Positions 1-9,178 of a DNA stretch of 64,000 bases are shown one piece after another (within the stretch, counting starts at the first letter, position 1; every line of letters starts with the position of its first letter). The notes beneath the pieces were generated by a model. That model had not been told where the DNA came from and made no database searches. It was given only the letters and a program-made list of their open reading frames with translations. This DNA comes from an uncultured Chryseobacterium sp. (GTDB lineage: Bacteria > Bacteroidota > Bacteroidia > Flavobacteriales_F > PHOS-HE28), in NCBI GenBank assembly GCA_964464935.1, contig CAYXKE010000004.1, forward strand, positions 6,984 through 70,983. The letters run 5' to 3'. The position numbers were made by a program, and so were the translations under genes.

Positions 1-331
1 CAACTTCAAGCTGCGCAAAGGCATGCCCATCGGCGTGCGAGTGACCCTGCGCGGTGACCGCATGTACGAGTTCCTGGACCGGCTGATCGCGGTGAGCCTG
101 CCCCGTACGCGCGACTTCCGCGGTGTGAAGGCCACCGGCTTCGACGGCCGCGGCAACTTCACCATGGGTGTGAAGGAGCAGATCATCTTCCCCGAGATCG
201 ACATCGACAAGGTGTCGAAGATCCAAGGGATGGACATCACCGTGGTGACCACGGCGAAGACCGATGCCGAAGCCAAGGCGCTGCTGCGCGAGCTGGGCAT
301 CCCCTTCGCGGACAAGGACAAGAAACAGTAA
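1..331 (+). CDS. rplE: 50S ribosomal protein L5, C-terminal part (5' end upstream of window)
   Basis: The ORF is open from the window edge (frame of pos. 2). ..[38 protein letters not shown].. is the conserved L5 core. It heads an L5-S14-S8-L6-L18-S5-L30-L15-SecY block. Confidence 0.95.
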   Translation, partial: NFKLRKGMPIGVRVTLRGDRMYEFLDRLIAVSLPRTRDFRGVKATGFDGRGNFTMGVKEQIIFPEIDIDKVSKIQGMDITVVTTAKTDAEAKALLRELGIPFADKDKKQ

Positions 332-360
332 GGGACCGATCGCCCAACAACGAGAAGAGA

Positions 361-630
361 ATGGCCAAGGAATCCATGAAAGCCCGTGAGCGCAAGCGCG
401 CCCGGATGGTGGAGAAGCAAGCTGCCAAGCGTGCCGCGCTGAAGGCCGCCGGCGAGTGGGAGAAGCTGCAGAAGCTCCCCGTTAACGGCAGCCGCGTGCG
501 CCTGCACAACCGGTGCCAGATCACCGGCCGACCCAAGGGCTACATCCGTGTATTCGGGATCTCCCGCTACCAGTTCCGCATGATGGCGCTCGAGGGCAAG
601 ATCCCCGGTGTGACCAAGAGCAGCTGGTAA
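361..630 (+). CDS. rpsN: 30S ribosomal protein S14 (long, zinc-free form)
   Basis: 89 aa. [14 protein letters not shown]...[27 protein letters not shown]...W is the typical S14 signature. Position is between L5 and S8. Confidence 0.95.
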   Translation: MAKESMKARERKRARMVEKQAAKRAALKAAGEWEKLQKLPVNGSRVRLHNRCQITGRPKGYIRVFGISRYQFRMMALEGKIPGVTKSSW

Positions 631-668
631 GCCGGCCGCATCGTGTCCCAACGATAACGAACAAGACA

Positions 669-1067
669 ATGACCAACGATCCCATCGCCGACTACCTGAC
701 CCGCTTGCGGAACGCCATCCAGGCGCGCAAGAAGGTCGTTGAGGTGCCCGCGAGCAACCTGAAGAAGGATATCACGCGGATCCTTTACGACAAGGGGTAC
801 ATCCTCTCTTGGAAGACCGTGGAGGACGGCAAGCAGGGCCTGATCAAGATCGCCCTGAAGTACGATCCGCGTACCCGTGAGAGCGCCATCCGCGAGCTCA
901 AGCGTGTGAGCACCCCCGGTCTGCGCAAGTACGCCTCCACCGGTGAGCTGCCCCGCGTGCTCAACGGCCTGGGCGTGGCCATCATCAGCACCAGCCGCGG
1001 CGTGGTCACCGACAAGGAGGCCCGTGCCCTGAACGTGGGCGGCGAGGTGCTCTGTTATGTGAGCTAA
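669..1067 (+). CDS. rpsH: 30S ribosomal protein S8
   Basis: [22 protein letters not shown].. is the S8 N-terminus. The ATG at 669 was verified in sequence. The track ORF from 513 is an upstream extension overlapping rpsN. Confidence 0.95.
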   Translation: MTNDPIADYLTRLRNAIQARKKVVEVPASNLKKDITRILYDKGYILSWKTVEDGKQGLIKIALKYDPRTRESAIRELKRVSTPGLRKYASTGELPRVLNGLGVAIISTSRGVVTDKEARALNVGGEVLCYVS

Positions 1068-1089
1068 CACCCCCCGAGCAGAACTAGCC

Positions 1090-1644
1090 ATGTCACGCAT
1101 TGGAAAAGCACCGATCGGCCTGCCCAAAGGGGTGGAGATCACCATCAGCGACAAGAACCTGGTGACCGTGAAGGGCCCCAAGGGTACGCTGTCCCAGGCG
1201 GTCGACCCCGCCATCCGCATCAAGCAGGAGGGCGGTGAGGTCATCCTTGAGCGCCCCACCGACGCCAAACCACACCGCGCCATGCACGGCCTGTACCGCG
1301 CCCTCCTCGCCAACATGGTGAAGGGTGTGAGCGAAGGCTTCGTGGTGGAGCAGGAGCTGGTGGGCGTGGGTTACCGCGCCACGGCCAAGGGCCAACAACT
1401 GCAGCTGGCGCTGGGTTTCTCGCACGGCATCACCCTGGTGCTGCCTTCGGAGATCAAGGTCTCGGCCGAGCAGCAAAAGGGTAAGAACCCCATCATCCGC
1501 ATGGAGAGCGCCGACAAGCAGCTGCTGGGCCAAGTGGCCGCCAAACTGCGCTCGCTGCGCAAACCCGAGCCGTACAAGGGCAAGGGTGTCCGTTTCGTGA
1601 ACGAACAGATCCGCCGCAAGGCTGGCAAGGCCGCCGGTAAATAA
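1090..1644 (+). CDS. rplF: 50S ribosomal protein L6
   Basis: 184 aa. [34 protein letters not shown].. is the canonical L6 N-terminus. Operon position fits. Confidence 0.95.
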   Translation: MSRIGKAPIGLPKGVEITISDKNLVTVKGPKGTLSQAVDPAIRIKQEGGEVILERPTDAKPHRAMHGLYRALLANMVKGVSEGFVVEQELVGVGYRATAKGQQLQLALGFSHGITLVLPSEIKVSAEQQKGKNPIIRMESADKQLLGQVAAKLRSLRKPEPYKGKGVRFVNEQIRRKAGKAAGK

Positions 1645-1652
1645 GCATCGCC

Positions 1653-2006
1653 ATGGCATTCGATAGGACCGCACGCCGACTGAAGATCAAGACCCGCGTA
1701 CGCAAGCGGGTGCAGGGCACCCCTGAGCGTCCCCGCCTCACGGTCTTCCGCAGCAACACGGGCATGTACGCCCAGATCATCGACGACGAGGCCGGCCGTA
1801 CGCTGGTAAGCGCCTCCTCCCTGAAGGACAAGCAGGCCAACGGTCTGCCCAAAGTGGAGCAGGCCAAGCGCGTGGGCCTGGCCATCGCCGAAAAGGCCAA
1901 GGCCGCCGGCATCGAGCAGGTCGTCTTCGACCGCAATGGTTACCTCTACCATGGCCGGGTGAAAGCCCTGGCCGACGCCGCCCGCGAAGGAGGCCTCAAC
2001 TTCTGA
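1653..2006 (+). CDS. rplR: 50S ribosomal protein L18
   Basis: 117 aa. ..[20 protein letters not shown]...[24 protein letters not shown].. are L18 motifs. Confidence 0.95.
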   Translation: MAFDRTARRLKIKTRVRKRVQGTPERPRLTVFRSNTGMYAQIIDDEAGRTLVSASSLKDKQANGLPKVEQAKRVGLAIAEKAKAAGIEQVVFDRNGYLYHGRVKALADAAREGGLNF

Positions 2007-2018
2007 CCCCATACCGTC

Positions 2019-2537
2019 ATGACCGGATCGAACATCAAGAAGGTAAAGAGCAGTGAGATCGAGCTTAAGGACAAGCTCGTGGCCCTGAACCGCGTGACCA
2101 AGGTGACCAAGGGTGGCCGTACCTTCACTTTCGCCGCCATCGTGGTGGTGGGCAATGAGAACGGTGTGGTGGGCCACGGCCTGGGCAAGGCCAAGGAGGT
2201 GCAGGAGGCCATCGCCAAGGGCATCGACGACGCCAAGAAGAACCTGGTGCGCGTGCCCGTGCTGAAGGGCACCATCCCCCACAGCCAGGAAGGTAAATTC
2301 GCCGGGGCCAAGGTGCTGCTGAAGCCCGCCGCGCACGGTACCGGTGTGATCGCCGGTGGCGCCATGCGCGCCGTGCTCGAGAGCGTTGGCGTGACCGACG
2401 TGCTGGCCAAGAGCAAGGGCAGCAGCAACCCCCACAACCTGGTGAAAGCCACCATCAAGGCCCTCACCAGCATGCGCGATGCCCAGGCGGTGGCCGCGCA
2501 GCGTGGGGTGGACCTGGACCGCGTGTTCAACGGATAA
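2019..2537 (+). CDS. rpsE: 30S ribosomal protein S5
   Basis: 172 aa. ..[39 protein letters not shown].. is the S5 dsRBD core. Confidence 0.95.
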   Translation: MTGSNIKKVKSSEIELKDKLVALNRVTKVTKGGRTFTFAAIVVVGNENGVVGHGLGKAKEVQEAIAKGIDDAKKNLVRVPVLKGTIPHSQEGKFAGAKVLLKPAAHGTGVIAGGAMRAVLESVGVTDVLAKSKGSSNPHNLVKATIKALTSMRDAQAVAAQRGVDLDRVFNG

Positions 2538-2575
2538 GACCAGCCCCCCGGGCGCAGCCAAGACGCACGACTACG

Positions 2576-2758
2576 ATGAGCAAACTGATCATTGTCCAGA
2601 CCAAGAGCTGGATCAAATGCCCCAAGCGGCAGAAGGATACCTTGAAGGCCCTGGGGCTGGGCCGCATCGGCAAGCGCGCCGAGCTTGACGCCACCCCCCA
2701 GGTGCGCGGCATGGTGGAGAAAGTGCATCACCTGGTGACCGTGCAGGAGCAGGCTTAA
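2576..2758 (+). CDS. rpmD: 50S ribosomal protein L30
   Basis: 60 aa. ..KLIIVQTKSWIKCPKRQKDTLKALGLGRIGK.. is L30-like. Position is between S5 and L15. Confidence 0.9.
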   Translation: MSKLIIVQTKSWIKCPKRQKDTLKALGLGRIGKRAELDATPQVRGMVEKVHHLVTVQEQA

Positions 2759-2807
2759 TGAATCGCAAGCGGCGGCGGTGACGCCCCGCATAGAAAAAGC
2801 ATCGCAG

Positions 2808-3275
2808 ATGGACCTGAGCAGACTGAAACCGGCCGAAGGGGCCACCAAGAAGGAGAAGCGTATCGGACGTGGCCAAGGCAGCGGCCGTGGCGGCACCTCC
2901 ACCCGTGGCCACAAGGGGGCCAAGAGCCGCAGCGGCTACAGCAGCAAGCGCGGCTTCGAGGGTGGCCAGATGCCCCTGGTCCGCCGTGTGCCCAAGTTCG
3001 GCTTCAACAACCCCACTCGCGTGGAGTACAAGGGCATCAACCTGGATACCCTCCAGTCCCTGGCCGAGAAGACCAAGGCCACGGCGATCGACCCCACCGT
3101 GCTCTACGCCAATGGCCTGATCGGCAAGAACGACAAGCTCAAGGTCCTCGGTCGTGGCACGCTGAGCGCCGCGCTGAACGTCGCCGCACATGCGTTCAGC
3201 AATACCGCCAAGGCCGCCATCGAGGCCCAGGGGGGCACCGCCACGGTGATCGCAACCGTAGCTGAGAAGGCATGA
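2808..3275 (+). CDS. rplO: 50S ribosomal protein L15
   Basis: MDLSRLKPAEGATKKEKRIGRGQGSGRGGTSTRGHKG.. is the L15 N-terminus. The ATG at 2808 was verified. The track start at 2778 is a GTG extension. Confidence 0.93.
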   Translation: MDLSRLKPAEGATKKEKRIGRGQGSGRGGTSTRGHKGAKSRSGYSSKRGFEGGQMPLVRRVPKFGFNNPTRVEYKGINLDTLQSLAEKTKATAIDPTVLYANGLIGKNDKLKVLGRGTLSAALNVAAHAFSNTAKAAIEAQGGTATVIATVAEKA

Positions 3276-4600
3276 AGAACCTGATCGAAACGATCAAGAA
3301 CATCTGGCGCATCGAGGAGCTGCGTAAGCGGATCCTTATTACGCTGGGGCTGCTGCTGGTGTACCGCATCGGCAGCTTCATCGTGCTGCCCGGGGTGGAC
3401 TCCGTGCGCATGGCCGCCAGCGCCGCCAGCGGAGGGGGGGGTATCTCCGACATCCTCGCCCTGTTCACCGGTGGTGCCTTCTCGCGTGCGGCCATCTTCG
3501 CGCTGGGCATCATGCCCTACATCTCGGCCTCCATCATCATGCAGCTGATGGCCATCGCCGTACCGGCGGTGCAGAAGATGCAGAAGGAGGAGAGCGGGCG
3601 GCGCAAGATGAACCAGTACACGCGCTACCTCACCATCCTGATCTGCGTGTTCCAGGCGCCGGGCTACATCTACACCTCGATCGAACCCGAGGCCCGTCCG
3701 GACAGCCAGTTCTGGATGTTCACCAGCATCGTCATCCTCACCGCCAGCACGCTGTTCGTGATGTGGCTGGGTGAGCGCATCACCGAACGCGGTCTGGGCA
3801 ACGGGATCTCGCTGATCATCATGATCGGCATCGTGGCCCAGCTGCCCCAGAGCTTCGCTCAGGAGGTGGTGGGTCGTCTCGGCCCTGGCGGCGGTGGCCT
3901 GGTGATGCTCGTGGTGGAGTTGGTGATCTGGCTGCTCATCATCGCGGGTTGCATCCTGCTGGTGCAGGGAACCCGCCGCATCCCGGTGCAGTTCGCCAAG
4001 CGTGTGCAGGGCAACAAGCAGTACGGCGGTGTGCGCAACTACATCCCCCTGAAGGTGAACGCCGCCGGGGTGATGCCGATCATCTTCGCGCAGGCCATCG
4101 TGCTGATCCCGATGTACGTGGCGCAGGCCTTCGAACAACCGCCCTCCTGGCTGGTGAGCATGGCCAACAGCCAGGGCGGGTTCTACAACGTCACCCTGTT
4201 CACCATGGTGGTGCTGTTCACCTACTTCTACACGGCCATCACCGTGAACCCGAACCAGTTGAGCGACGACCTGAAGCGCAACGGCGGGTTCATCCCCGGT
4301 GTGAAGCCCGGTCGTCAGACCGCCTCGCACATCGATGAGCTGCTGAGCCGGATCACCCTGCCCGGGGCCATCTTCCTGGGGTTGGTGGCCATTCTCCCGG
4401 CCTTCGCCGTGATGTTCGGTGTGAAGCAGGGCTTCGCCCAGTTCTTTGGCGGTACGTCCTTGTTGATCATGGTGGGCGTGTTGTTGGACACGCTGCAGCA
4501 TATCGAGAGTCATTTGTTGATGCGGCATTACGACGGCTTGATGAAGACGGGCCGCATCAAGGGGAGGTCAGGAGGTACCGCTTTCGGCATGGCTGGTTGA
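3272..4600 (+). CDS. secY: Preprotein translocase subunit SecY
   Basis: 442 aa polytopic membrane protein. ..GIMPYISASIIMQL.., ..WLGERITERGLGNGISLII.. are SecY motifs. There is an ATGA overlap with the rplO stop. Confidence 0.95.
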   Translation: MKNLIETIKNIWRIEELRKRILITLGLLLVYRIGSFIVLPGVDSVRMAASAASGGGGISDILALFTGGAFSRAAIFALGIMPYISASIIMQLMAIAVPAVQKMQKEESGRRKMNQYTRYLTILICVFQAPGYIYTSIEPEARPDSQFWMFTSIVILTASTLFVMWLGERITERGLGNGISLIIMIGIVAQLPQSFAQEVVGRLGPGGGGLVMLVVELVIWLLIIAGCILLVQGTRRIPVQFAKRVQGNKQYGGVRNYIPLKVNAAGVMPIIFAQAIVLIPMYVAQAFEQPPSWLVSMANSQGGFYNVTLFTMVVLFTYFYTAITVNPNQLSDDLKRNGGFIPGVKPGRQTASHIDELLSRITLPGAIFLGLVAILPAFAVMFGVKQGFAQFFGGTSLLIMVGVLLDTLQHIESHLLMRHYDGLMKTGRIKGRSGGTAFGMAG

Positions 4601-4603
4601 GCC

Positions 4604-5407
4604 ATGGCGAAAGAGATGGTGAACCTGGGCGATGAAGAGATCGCCGTGTTGAAGGAGAGTTCTTTGCTTGTTGGCAGGACCTTGGCCGCAGTGGCGGAAC
4701 GGATCGCGCCTGGTGTGACCACCGGCGAGCTGGACCGCCTGGCCGAAGAGTTCATCCGCGACCATGGCGGCGTGCCGGGCTTCAAAGGCCTGTACGGCTG
4801 CCCCAGCACCCTGCTGATCAGTGTGAACGAGCAGGTGGTGCACGGTCTGCCGGGCGACCGCGTGCTGCGCGATGGCGACATCGCCAGCGTGGACTGCGGT
4901 GTGCTGATGAACGGCTTCTACGGGGACAGCGCGTACACCTTCATGGTGGGCGAAGTGGCCCCGGAGGTGCGCGATCTGCTGCGGGTGACCCGCGAAAGCC
5001 TCGATCTGGGCATCGCCCAGGCCATCGAAGGCAACCGCACGGGCGACATCGGCCACGCGGTGCAGGCGCACGCCGAGAAGCATGGCTATTCCGTGGTGCG
5101 CGAACTGGTGGGCCACGGCGTTGGTCGGCGGTTGCATGAGGCGCCCGAAGTGCCCAACTATGGCAAGCGCGGGCACGGTGTGCGGTTGCGCACCGGCATG
5201 GTGCTGGCCATCGAACCCATGATCAACATGGGCCGCAAAGAGGTGGTGCAGCTCAGCGACGGTTGGACGATCGTGGCGCGCGATGGCAAGCCCAGCGCCC
5301 ACTACGAGCACAACGTCGCGGTGCGCCCCGGCAAGGCGGAGGTCCTGTCCACTTTCAGCTACATCGAGGATGTGCTGAGGGCAAAAGGAAGTTTGACGAC
5401 GGCGTGA
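4604..5407 (+). CDS. map: Type I methionine aminopeptidase
   Basis: 267 aa. ..VVHGLPGDRVLRDGDIASVDCGV..GHGVGRRLHEAPEVPNY..LAIEPMIN.. contains the MetAP metal-ligand motifs. It sits in the secY-map-infA position. Confidence 0.93.
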   Translation: MAKEMVNLGDEEIAVLKESSLLVGRTLAAVAERIAPGVTTGELDRLAEEFIRDHGGVPGFKGLYGCPSTLLISVNEQVVHGLPGDRVLRDGDIASVDCGVLMNGFYGDSAYTFMVGEVAPEVRDLLRVTRESLDLGIAQAIEGNRTGDIGHAVQAHAEKHGYSVVRELVGHGVGRRLHEAPEVPNYGKRGHGVRLRTGMVLAIEPMINMGRKEVVQLSDGWTIVARDGKPSAHYEHNVAVRPGKAEVLSTFSYIEDVLRAKGSLTTA

Positions 5408-5485
5408 GCGATCACGTCGGATATTGAAGGAATAACAAGCGGACCGGCAAGGCCGGCCACGAAGGAAGAAGAGAACAAGGAAGGG

Positions 5486-5707
5486 ATGAGCAAGGCAGGA
5501 ACGATAGAGCAGGACGGCGTCATCAAGGAGGCGTTGAGCAATGCCATGTTCCGCGTGGAGTTGGAGAACGGACACATCATCATCGCGCACATCAGCGGGA
5601 AGATGCGGATGCACTACATCCGGATCCTGCCCGGTGACAAGGTGAAGGTGGAGATGAGCCCGTACGACCTGAGCAAAGGCCGCATCACCTTCCGTTACAA
5701 GAGCTAA
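5486..5707 (+). CDS. infA: Translation initiation factor IF-1
   Basis: 73 aa. ..[62 protein letters not shown] is near-canonical IF-1. Confidence 0.95.
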   Translation: MSKAGTIEQDGVIKEALSNAMFRVELENGHIIIAHISGKMRMHYIRILPGDKVKVEMSPYDLSKGRITFRYKS

Positions 5708-5721
5708 GCACCCAACGAACC

Positions 5722-5838
5722 ATGAAGGTCAGGGCCTCCCTCAAACCACGCTCGGCGGACTGCAAGATCGTCCGTCGCAAAGGGCGTCTGTACATCATCA
5801 ACAAGAAGAACCCCAAGTTCAAGCAGCGTCAGGGCTGA
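5722..5838 (+). CDS. rpmJ: 50S ribosomal protein L36 (zinc-free form)
   Basis: Hand-translated, since it is below the track's size cutoff: [38 protein letters not shown]. The ATG at 5722 and the TGA at 5836-5838 were verified. It has a single Cys, so it is the non-zinc form. Confidence 0.9.
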   Translation: MKVRASLKPRSADCKIVRRKGRLYIINKKNPKFKQRQG

Positions 5839-5851
5839 CAACCGCACGAGA

Positions 5852-6229
5852 ATGGCACGTATCGCAGGCATCGACCTACCCAAGAACAAGCGCGGGGCCA
5901 TCGGCCTCACGTACATCTATGGCATCGGGCGCAGCAAGGCGCTGGAGATCCTGAAGCAGGCCGAGGTGGACCCCGACACCAAGGTGGAGGACTGGACCGA
6001 CGACGAACAGGCGCGGATCCGTACGGTGATCAACGATGGCGTGAAGGTGGAAGGTGCCCTGCGCAGCGAGGTGCAGCTCAGCATCAAGCGCCTGATGGAC
6101 ATCGGCTGCTACCGCGGTCTGCGTCACCGCGCCGGTCTGCCGCTGCGCGGCCAACGCACGCGCACCAACAGCCGCACCCGGAAGGGCAAGCGCAAAACGG
6201 TGGCCAACAAGAAGAAAGCGACCAAGTAA
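5852..6229 (+). CDS. rpsM: 30S ribosomal protein S13
   Basis: 125 aa. [30 protein letters not shown].. is canonical S13. Confidence 0.95.
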   Translation: MARIAGIDLPKNKRGAIGLTYIYGIGRSKALEILKQAEVDPDTKVEDWTDDEQARIRTVINDGVKVEGALRSEVQLSIKRLMDIGCYRGLRHRAGLPLRGQRTRTNSRTRKGKRKTVANKKKATK

Positions 6230-6302
6230 GATCAGCGGGTAGTTGTCAGTTGCCAGTGGGCGACCCTGACAACCGACAACGGAGAACCGACAACTGAAGA
6301 CA

Positions 6303-6701
6303 ATGGCAAAGCAGGATCAAAAAGCCGGCAAGAAGAAGAAGAAGAAGGTCGTGGTGGAGGCCTACGGACAGGCCCACATCCGTGCCACCTTCAACAACCT
6401 GATCGTCTCCCTTACGAACAACAAGGGTGAGGTGATCAGCTGGTCCTCTTCCGGCAAGCAGGGCTTCCGCGGAAGCAAGAAGAACACCCCGTACGCCGGC
6501 CAGGTGAGCGCCGAGGAGGCCGCACGCGAAGCCTACGAACTGGGCCTGCGCAAGGTGAAGGTGTTCGTGAAGGGGCCCGGCAGCGGCCGCGAGAGCGCCA
6601 TCCGCGCCCTGCACAACAGCGGTGTGGAGGTGACCGAGATCATGGATGTCACCCCCCTGCCGCACAACGGCTGCCGTCCGCCCAAGAAGCGCCGCGTCTG
6701 A
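6303..6701 (+). CDS. rpsK: 30S ribosomal protein S11
   Basis: 132 aa. ..[42 protein letters not shown].. is canonical S11. Confidence 0.95.
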   Translation: MAKQDQKAGKKKKKKVVVEAYGQAHIRATFNNLIVSLTNNKGEVISWSSSGKQGFRGSKKNTPYAGQVSAEEAAREAYELGLRKVKVFVKGPGSGRESAIRALHNSGVEVTEIMDVTPLPHNGCRPPKKRRV

Positions 6702-6790
6702 CAACAACAACAACCTTGTAGGAGCGCTTACGGACAGGCGCTCCGCTGTTGGTGCGGGAGAAAAGAAGGCCGCACCCAAAAAGAAAGAAA

Positions 6791-7399
6791 ATGGCACGTT
6801 ACACAGGACCCAAGACCCGGATCGCGCGGAAATTCAAGGAGGCGATCTATGGCCCGGACAAGTGGATGGAGCGCAAGCCCCACAGCCCCGGTCAACACGG
6901 ACCCAATGCCCGCCGCCGCCGCAAAGAGAGCGAATACGCCGTGCAGCTGCGCGAGAAGCAGAAGGCCAAATACACCTACGGCATCCTCGAGCGTCAGTTC
7001 GAGCGCATGTACGTCAAGGCCGCCAGCAAGCGGGGCATCACCGGTGAGGTGCTGCTGCAGCTCTGCGAATCGCGCCTTGACAATACCGTGTACCGCCTGG
7101 GCATCGCCCGTACGCGCCGCGCTGCGCGTCAGTTGGTGAGCCATGGCCACATCATCGTTGACGGTGCGGTGGTGAACGTGCCCAGCTACTCCCTGCGCCC
7201 CGGGCAGACCGTGGCCGTGCGGGAGAAGAGCCGCTCCCTGGAGGCGATCACCAACAGCGTGGCCGTGAACGATCGCCGGTTCGATTGGCTCGTGTGGGAC
7301 CCCTCGACGATGACCGGTCGCTTCATCAACGTGCCCGAACGGGCGCAGATCCCGGAGAACATCCGCGAGCAACTGATCGTGGAATTGTACTCCAAGTAG
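6791..7399 (+). CDS. rpsD: 30S ribosomal protein S4
   Basis: [15 protein letters not shown].. is the S4 N-terminus. The ATG at 6791 was verified. The track ORF from 6749 is an upstream extension. Confidence 0.95.
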   Translation: MARYTGPKTRIARKFKEAIYGPDKWMERKPHSPGQHGPNARRRRKESEYAVQLREKQKAKYTYGILERQFERMYVKAASKRGITGEVLLQLCESRLDNTVYRLGIARTRRAARQLVSHGHIIVDGAVVNVPSYSLRPGQTVAVREKSRSLEAITNSVAVNDRRFDWLVWDPSTMTGRFINVPERAQIPENIREQLIVELYSK

Positions 7400-7498
7400 T
7401 GACCCCGTTCGGCCGTCCGTTGTCAGGCGGCCGAAGGCAAGGACCAGGGACCTTCCCACTGACAACGACAACGAACAACGAACAACGAACTACAGACC

Positions 7499-8491
7499 AT
7501 GCCCATTCTCGAATTCCAGCGGCCCGACAAGGTCACGATGATCGAATCCGATGACAAGCGCGGCTCCTTCGAGTTCCGTCCGCTCGAGCCGGGTTACGGC
7601 ATCACCATCGGCAACGCCTTGCGCCGCATCCTCCTGTCCTCCCTCGAGGGCCATGCCATCACTGCGGTGCGCATCGAGGGCGTGGAGCATGAGTTCTCCA
7701 CCATCAAGGGCGTGATCGAGGATATGACCGAGATCGTCCTCAACCTGAAGCAGGTGCGTTTCCGTCGCCAGCTGGGCGATGTGAGCACGGAAAAGGTCGC
7801 CTTCACCCTCACGGGCAAGGACACCTTCAGCGCCGGCGACATCGGCAAGCATACCACCGGTTTCCAGGTGCTGAACCCCGACCTGGTGATCGCCCAGCTT
7901 GAGCCCAATGTGAAGCTCAATGTGGAGGTGACCATCGGCAATGGCCGCGGCTATGTGCCCGCCGAGGAGAACAAGGTGGAGAACGCTCCCATCGGCACCA
8001 TCTTCATCGACTCCATTTTCACGCCGATCAAGAACGTGAAGTACCATGTGGAGAACACGCGTGTGGAGGACCGGACCGACTACGAGAAGCTCACCATCGA
8101 GGTGACCACCGACGGCAGCATCGATCCGAAGACCGCGCTGCAGGAGGCCGCCAAGATCCTGATCCACCACTTCATGCTCTTCAGCGATGAGCGCATCACC
8201 CTCGAAGTGGAGGAGCGCGCTCCCGAGGAGGAATTCGATGAGAGCAGCCTGCACATGCGTCAGCTGTTGAAGACCAAACTGGTCGACTTGGACCTGAGCG
8301 TGCGCGCGCTGAACTGTCTGAAGGCCGCGGACATCGAGACCCTGGGCGACCTGGTGGCCTACAACAAGAACGACCTGCTCAAGTTCCGGAACTTCGGCAA
8401 GAAGAGCCTCACCGAACTGGAGGACCTGGTGGAGAGCAAGGGCCTGAGCTTCGGGATGAACGTGAGCAAATACAAACTGGACAAGGAATAA
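7499..8491 (+). CDS. rpoA: DNA-directed RNA polymerase subunit alpha
   Basis: 330 aa. ..[20 protein letters not shown].. is the N-terminal domain, and the C-terminal ..[20 protein letters not shown].. is the alpha-CTD HhH. Confidence 0.95.
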   Translation: MPILEFQRPDKVTMIESDDKRGSFEFRPLEPGYGITIGNALRRILLSSLEGHAITAVRIEGVEHEFSTIKGVIEDMTEIVLNLKQVRFRRQLGDVSTEKVAFTLTGKDTFSAGDIGKHTTGFQVLNPDLVIAQLEPNVKLNVEVTIGNGRGYVPAEENKVENAPIGTIFIDSIFTPIKNVKYHVENTRVEDRTDYEKLTIEVTTDGSIDPKTALQEAAKILIHHFMLFSDERITLEVEERAPEEEFDESSLHMRQLLKTKLVDLDLSVRALNCLKAADIETLGDLVAYNKNDLLKFRNFGKKSLTELEDLVESKGLSFGMNVSKYKLDKE

Positions 8492-8533
8492 GGTGCACGG
8501 GTCAGTTCCGAAAGCGCCACAACGCATAGCCCC

Positions 8534-9028
8534 ATGAGACACGGGAACAAGAACAACGCCCTCGGCCGCAAGAAGAGCCATCGCGATGCGCTGCTGAGCA
8601 ACTTGGCCGTCTCGCTGATCGACCACAAGCGGATCGAGACGACCCTGGCCAAAGCCCGCGCCCTGCGCCGCTACGTGGAGCCTCTGATCACCAAGAGCAA
8701 GGAGGACACCACCCACAGCCGCCGTACGGTGTTCAGCATGCTGCAGAACAAGGAGGCCACCGCCGCCCTGTTCCGCGAAGTGGCCCCGAAAGTGGCCGAC
8801 CGCCCGGGAGGGTACACGCGCATCATCAAGCTGGGCACCCGCCTGGGGGACGCCGCCGAGATGGCCCTGATCGAGCTGGTGGACTTCAACCCCACCTACA
8901 GCCGCAGCAAGGCCACTGGCACCGAGGCGAAGAAGACGCGTCGCAGCCGTCGCGGCACGGGCAGCGCCAAGGTCGCCGGCGAACAGGCTGAGGCCCCCGC
9001 GGACAGCGAGGCCCCGAAGGCCGAGTGA
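8534..9028 (+). CDS. rplQ: 50S ribosomal protein L17 (with basic/acidic C-terminal extension)
   Basis: 164 aa. [37 protein letters not shown].. is canonical L17. The Lys/Arg/Ala/Glu tail is as in other Bacteroidota. Confidence 0.93.
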   Translation: MRHGNKNNALGRKKSHRDALLSNLAVSLIDHKRIETTLAKARALRRYVEPLITKSKEDTTHSRRTVFSMLQNKEATAALFREVAPKVADRPGGYTRIIKLGTRLGDAAEMALIELVDFNPTYSRSKATGTEAKKTRRSRRGTGSAKVAGEQAEAPADSEAPKAE

Positions 9029-9048
9029 TCCAGACCGAACGTATGGTG

Positions 9049-9080
9049 AAAGGGGCGTCCCGCTGGGCGCCCCTTTCTCT
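9049..9080 (+). terminator. Hairpin terminator after rplQ
   Basis: AAAGGGGCG (9049-9057), a 9-nt loop, then CGCCCCTTT (9067-9075), followed by CTCTGTT. It lies 20 bp after the rplQ stop. Confidence 0.6.
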
Positions 9081-9143
9081 GTTGATGCCCGCGTCATCCA
9101 CGATCGTGGAAAGAACCGCCGAGGTCGCTTGGCACCCGTCGGG

Positions 9144-9151
9144 TATCTTTG
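9144..9151 (+). promoter_or_regulatory. Bacteroidota-type -7 box (TATCTTTG) upstream of carA
   Basis: Perfect TAnnTTTG match 27 nt upstream of the carA ATG (9179). Confidence 0.4.
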
Positions 9152-9178
9152 CCGACACCTAGCCCGCTCGTTCGCCCC

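Noticed and set aside
513-668. N-terminal extensions in the ORF track, e.g. rpsH from 513, rplO from 2778, rpsD from 6749, carA from 9149, lpxK from 27076, PNP from 28310 and the M1 peptidase from 31694
   Set aside because: The track opens ORFs at the first ATG, GTG or TTG after a stop. The extensions overlap upstream genes or spacers and lack homology. Conserved N-termini begin at the internal starts given in the feature list.
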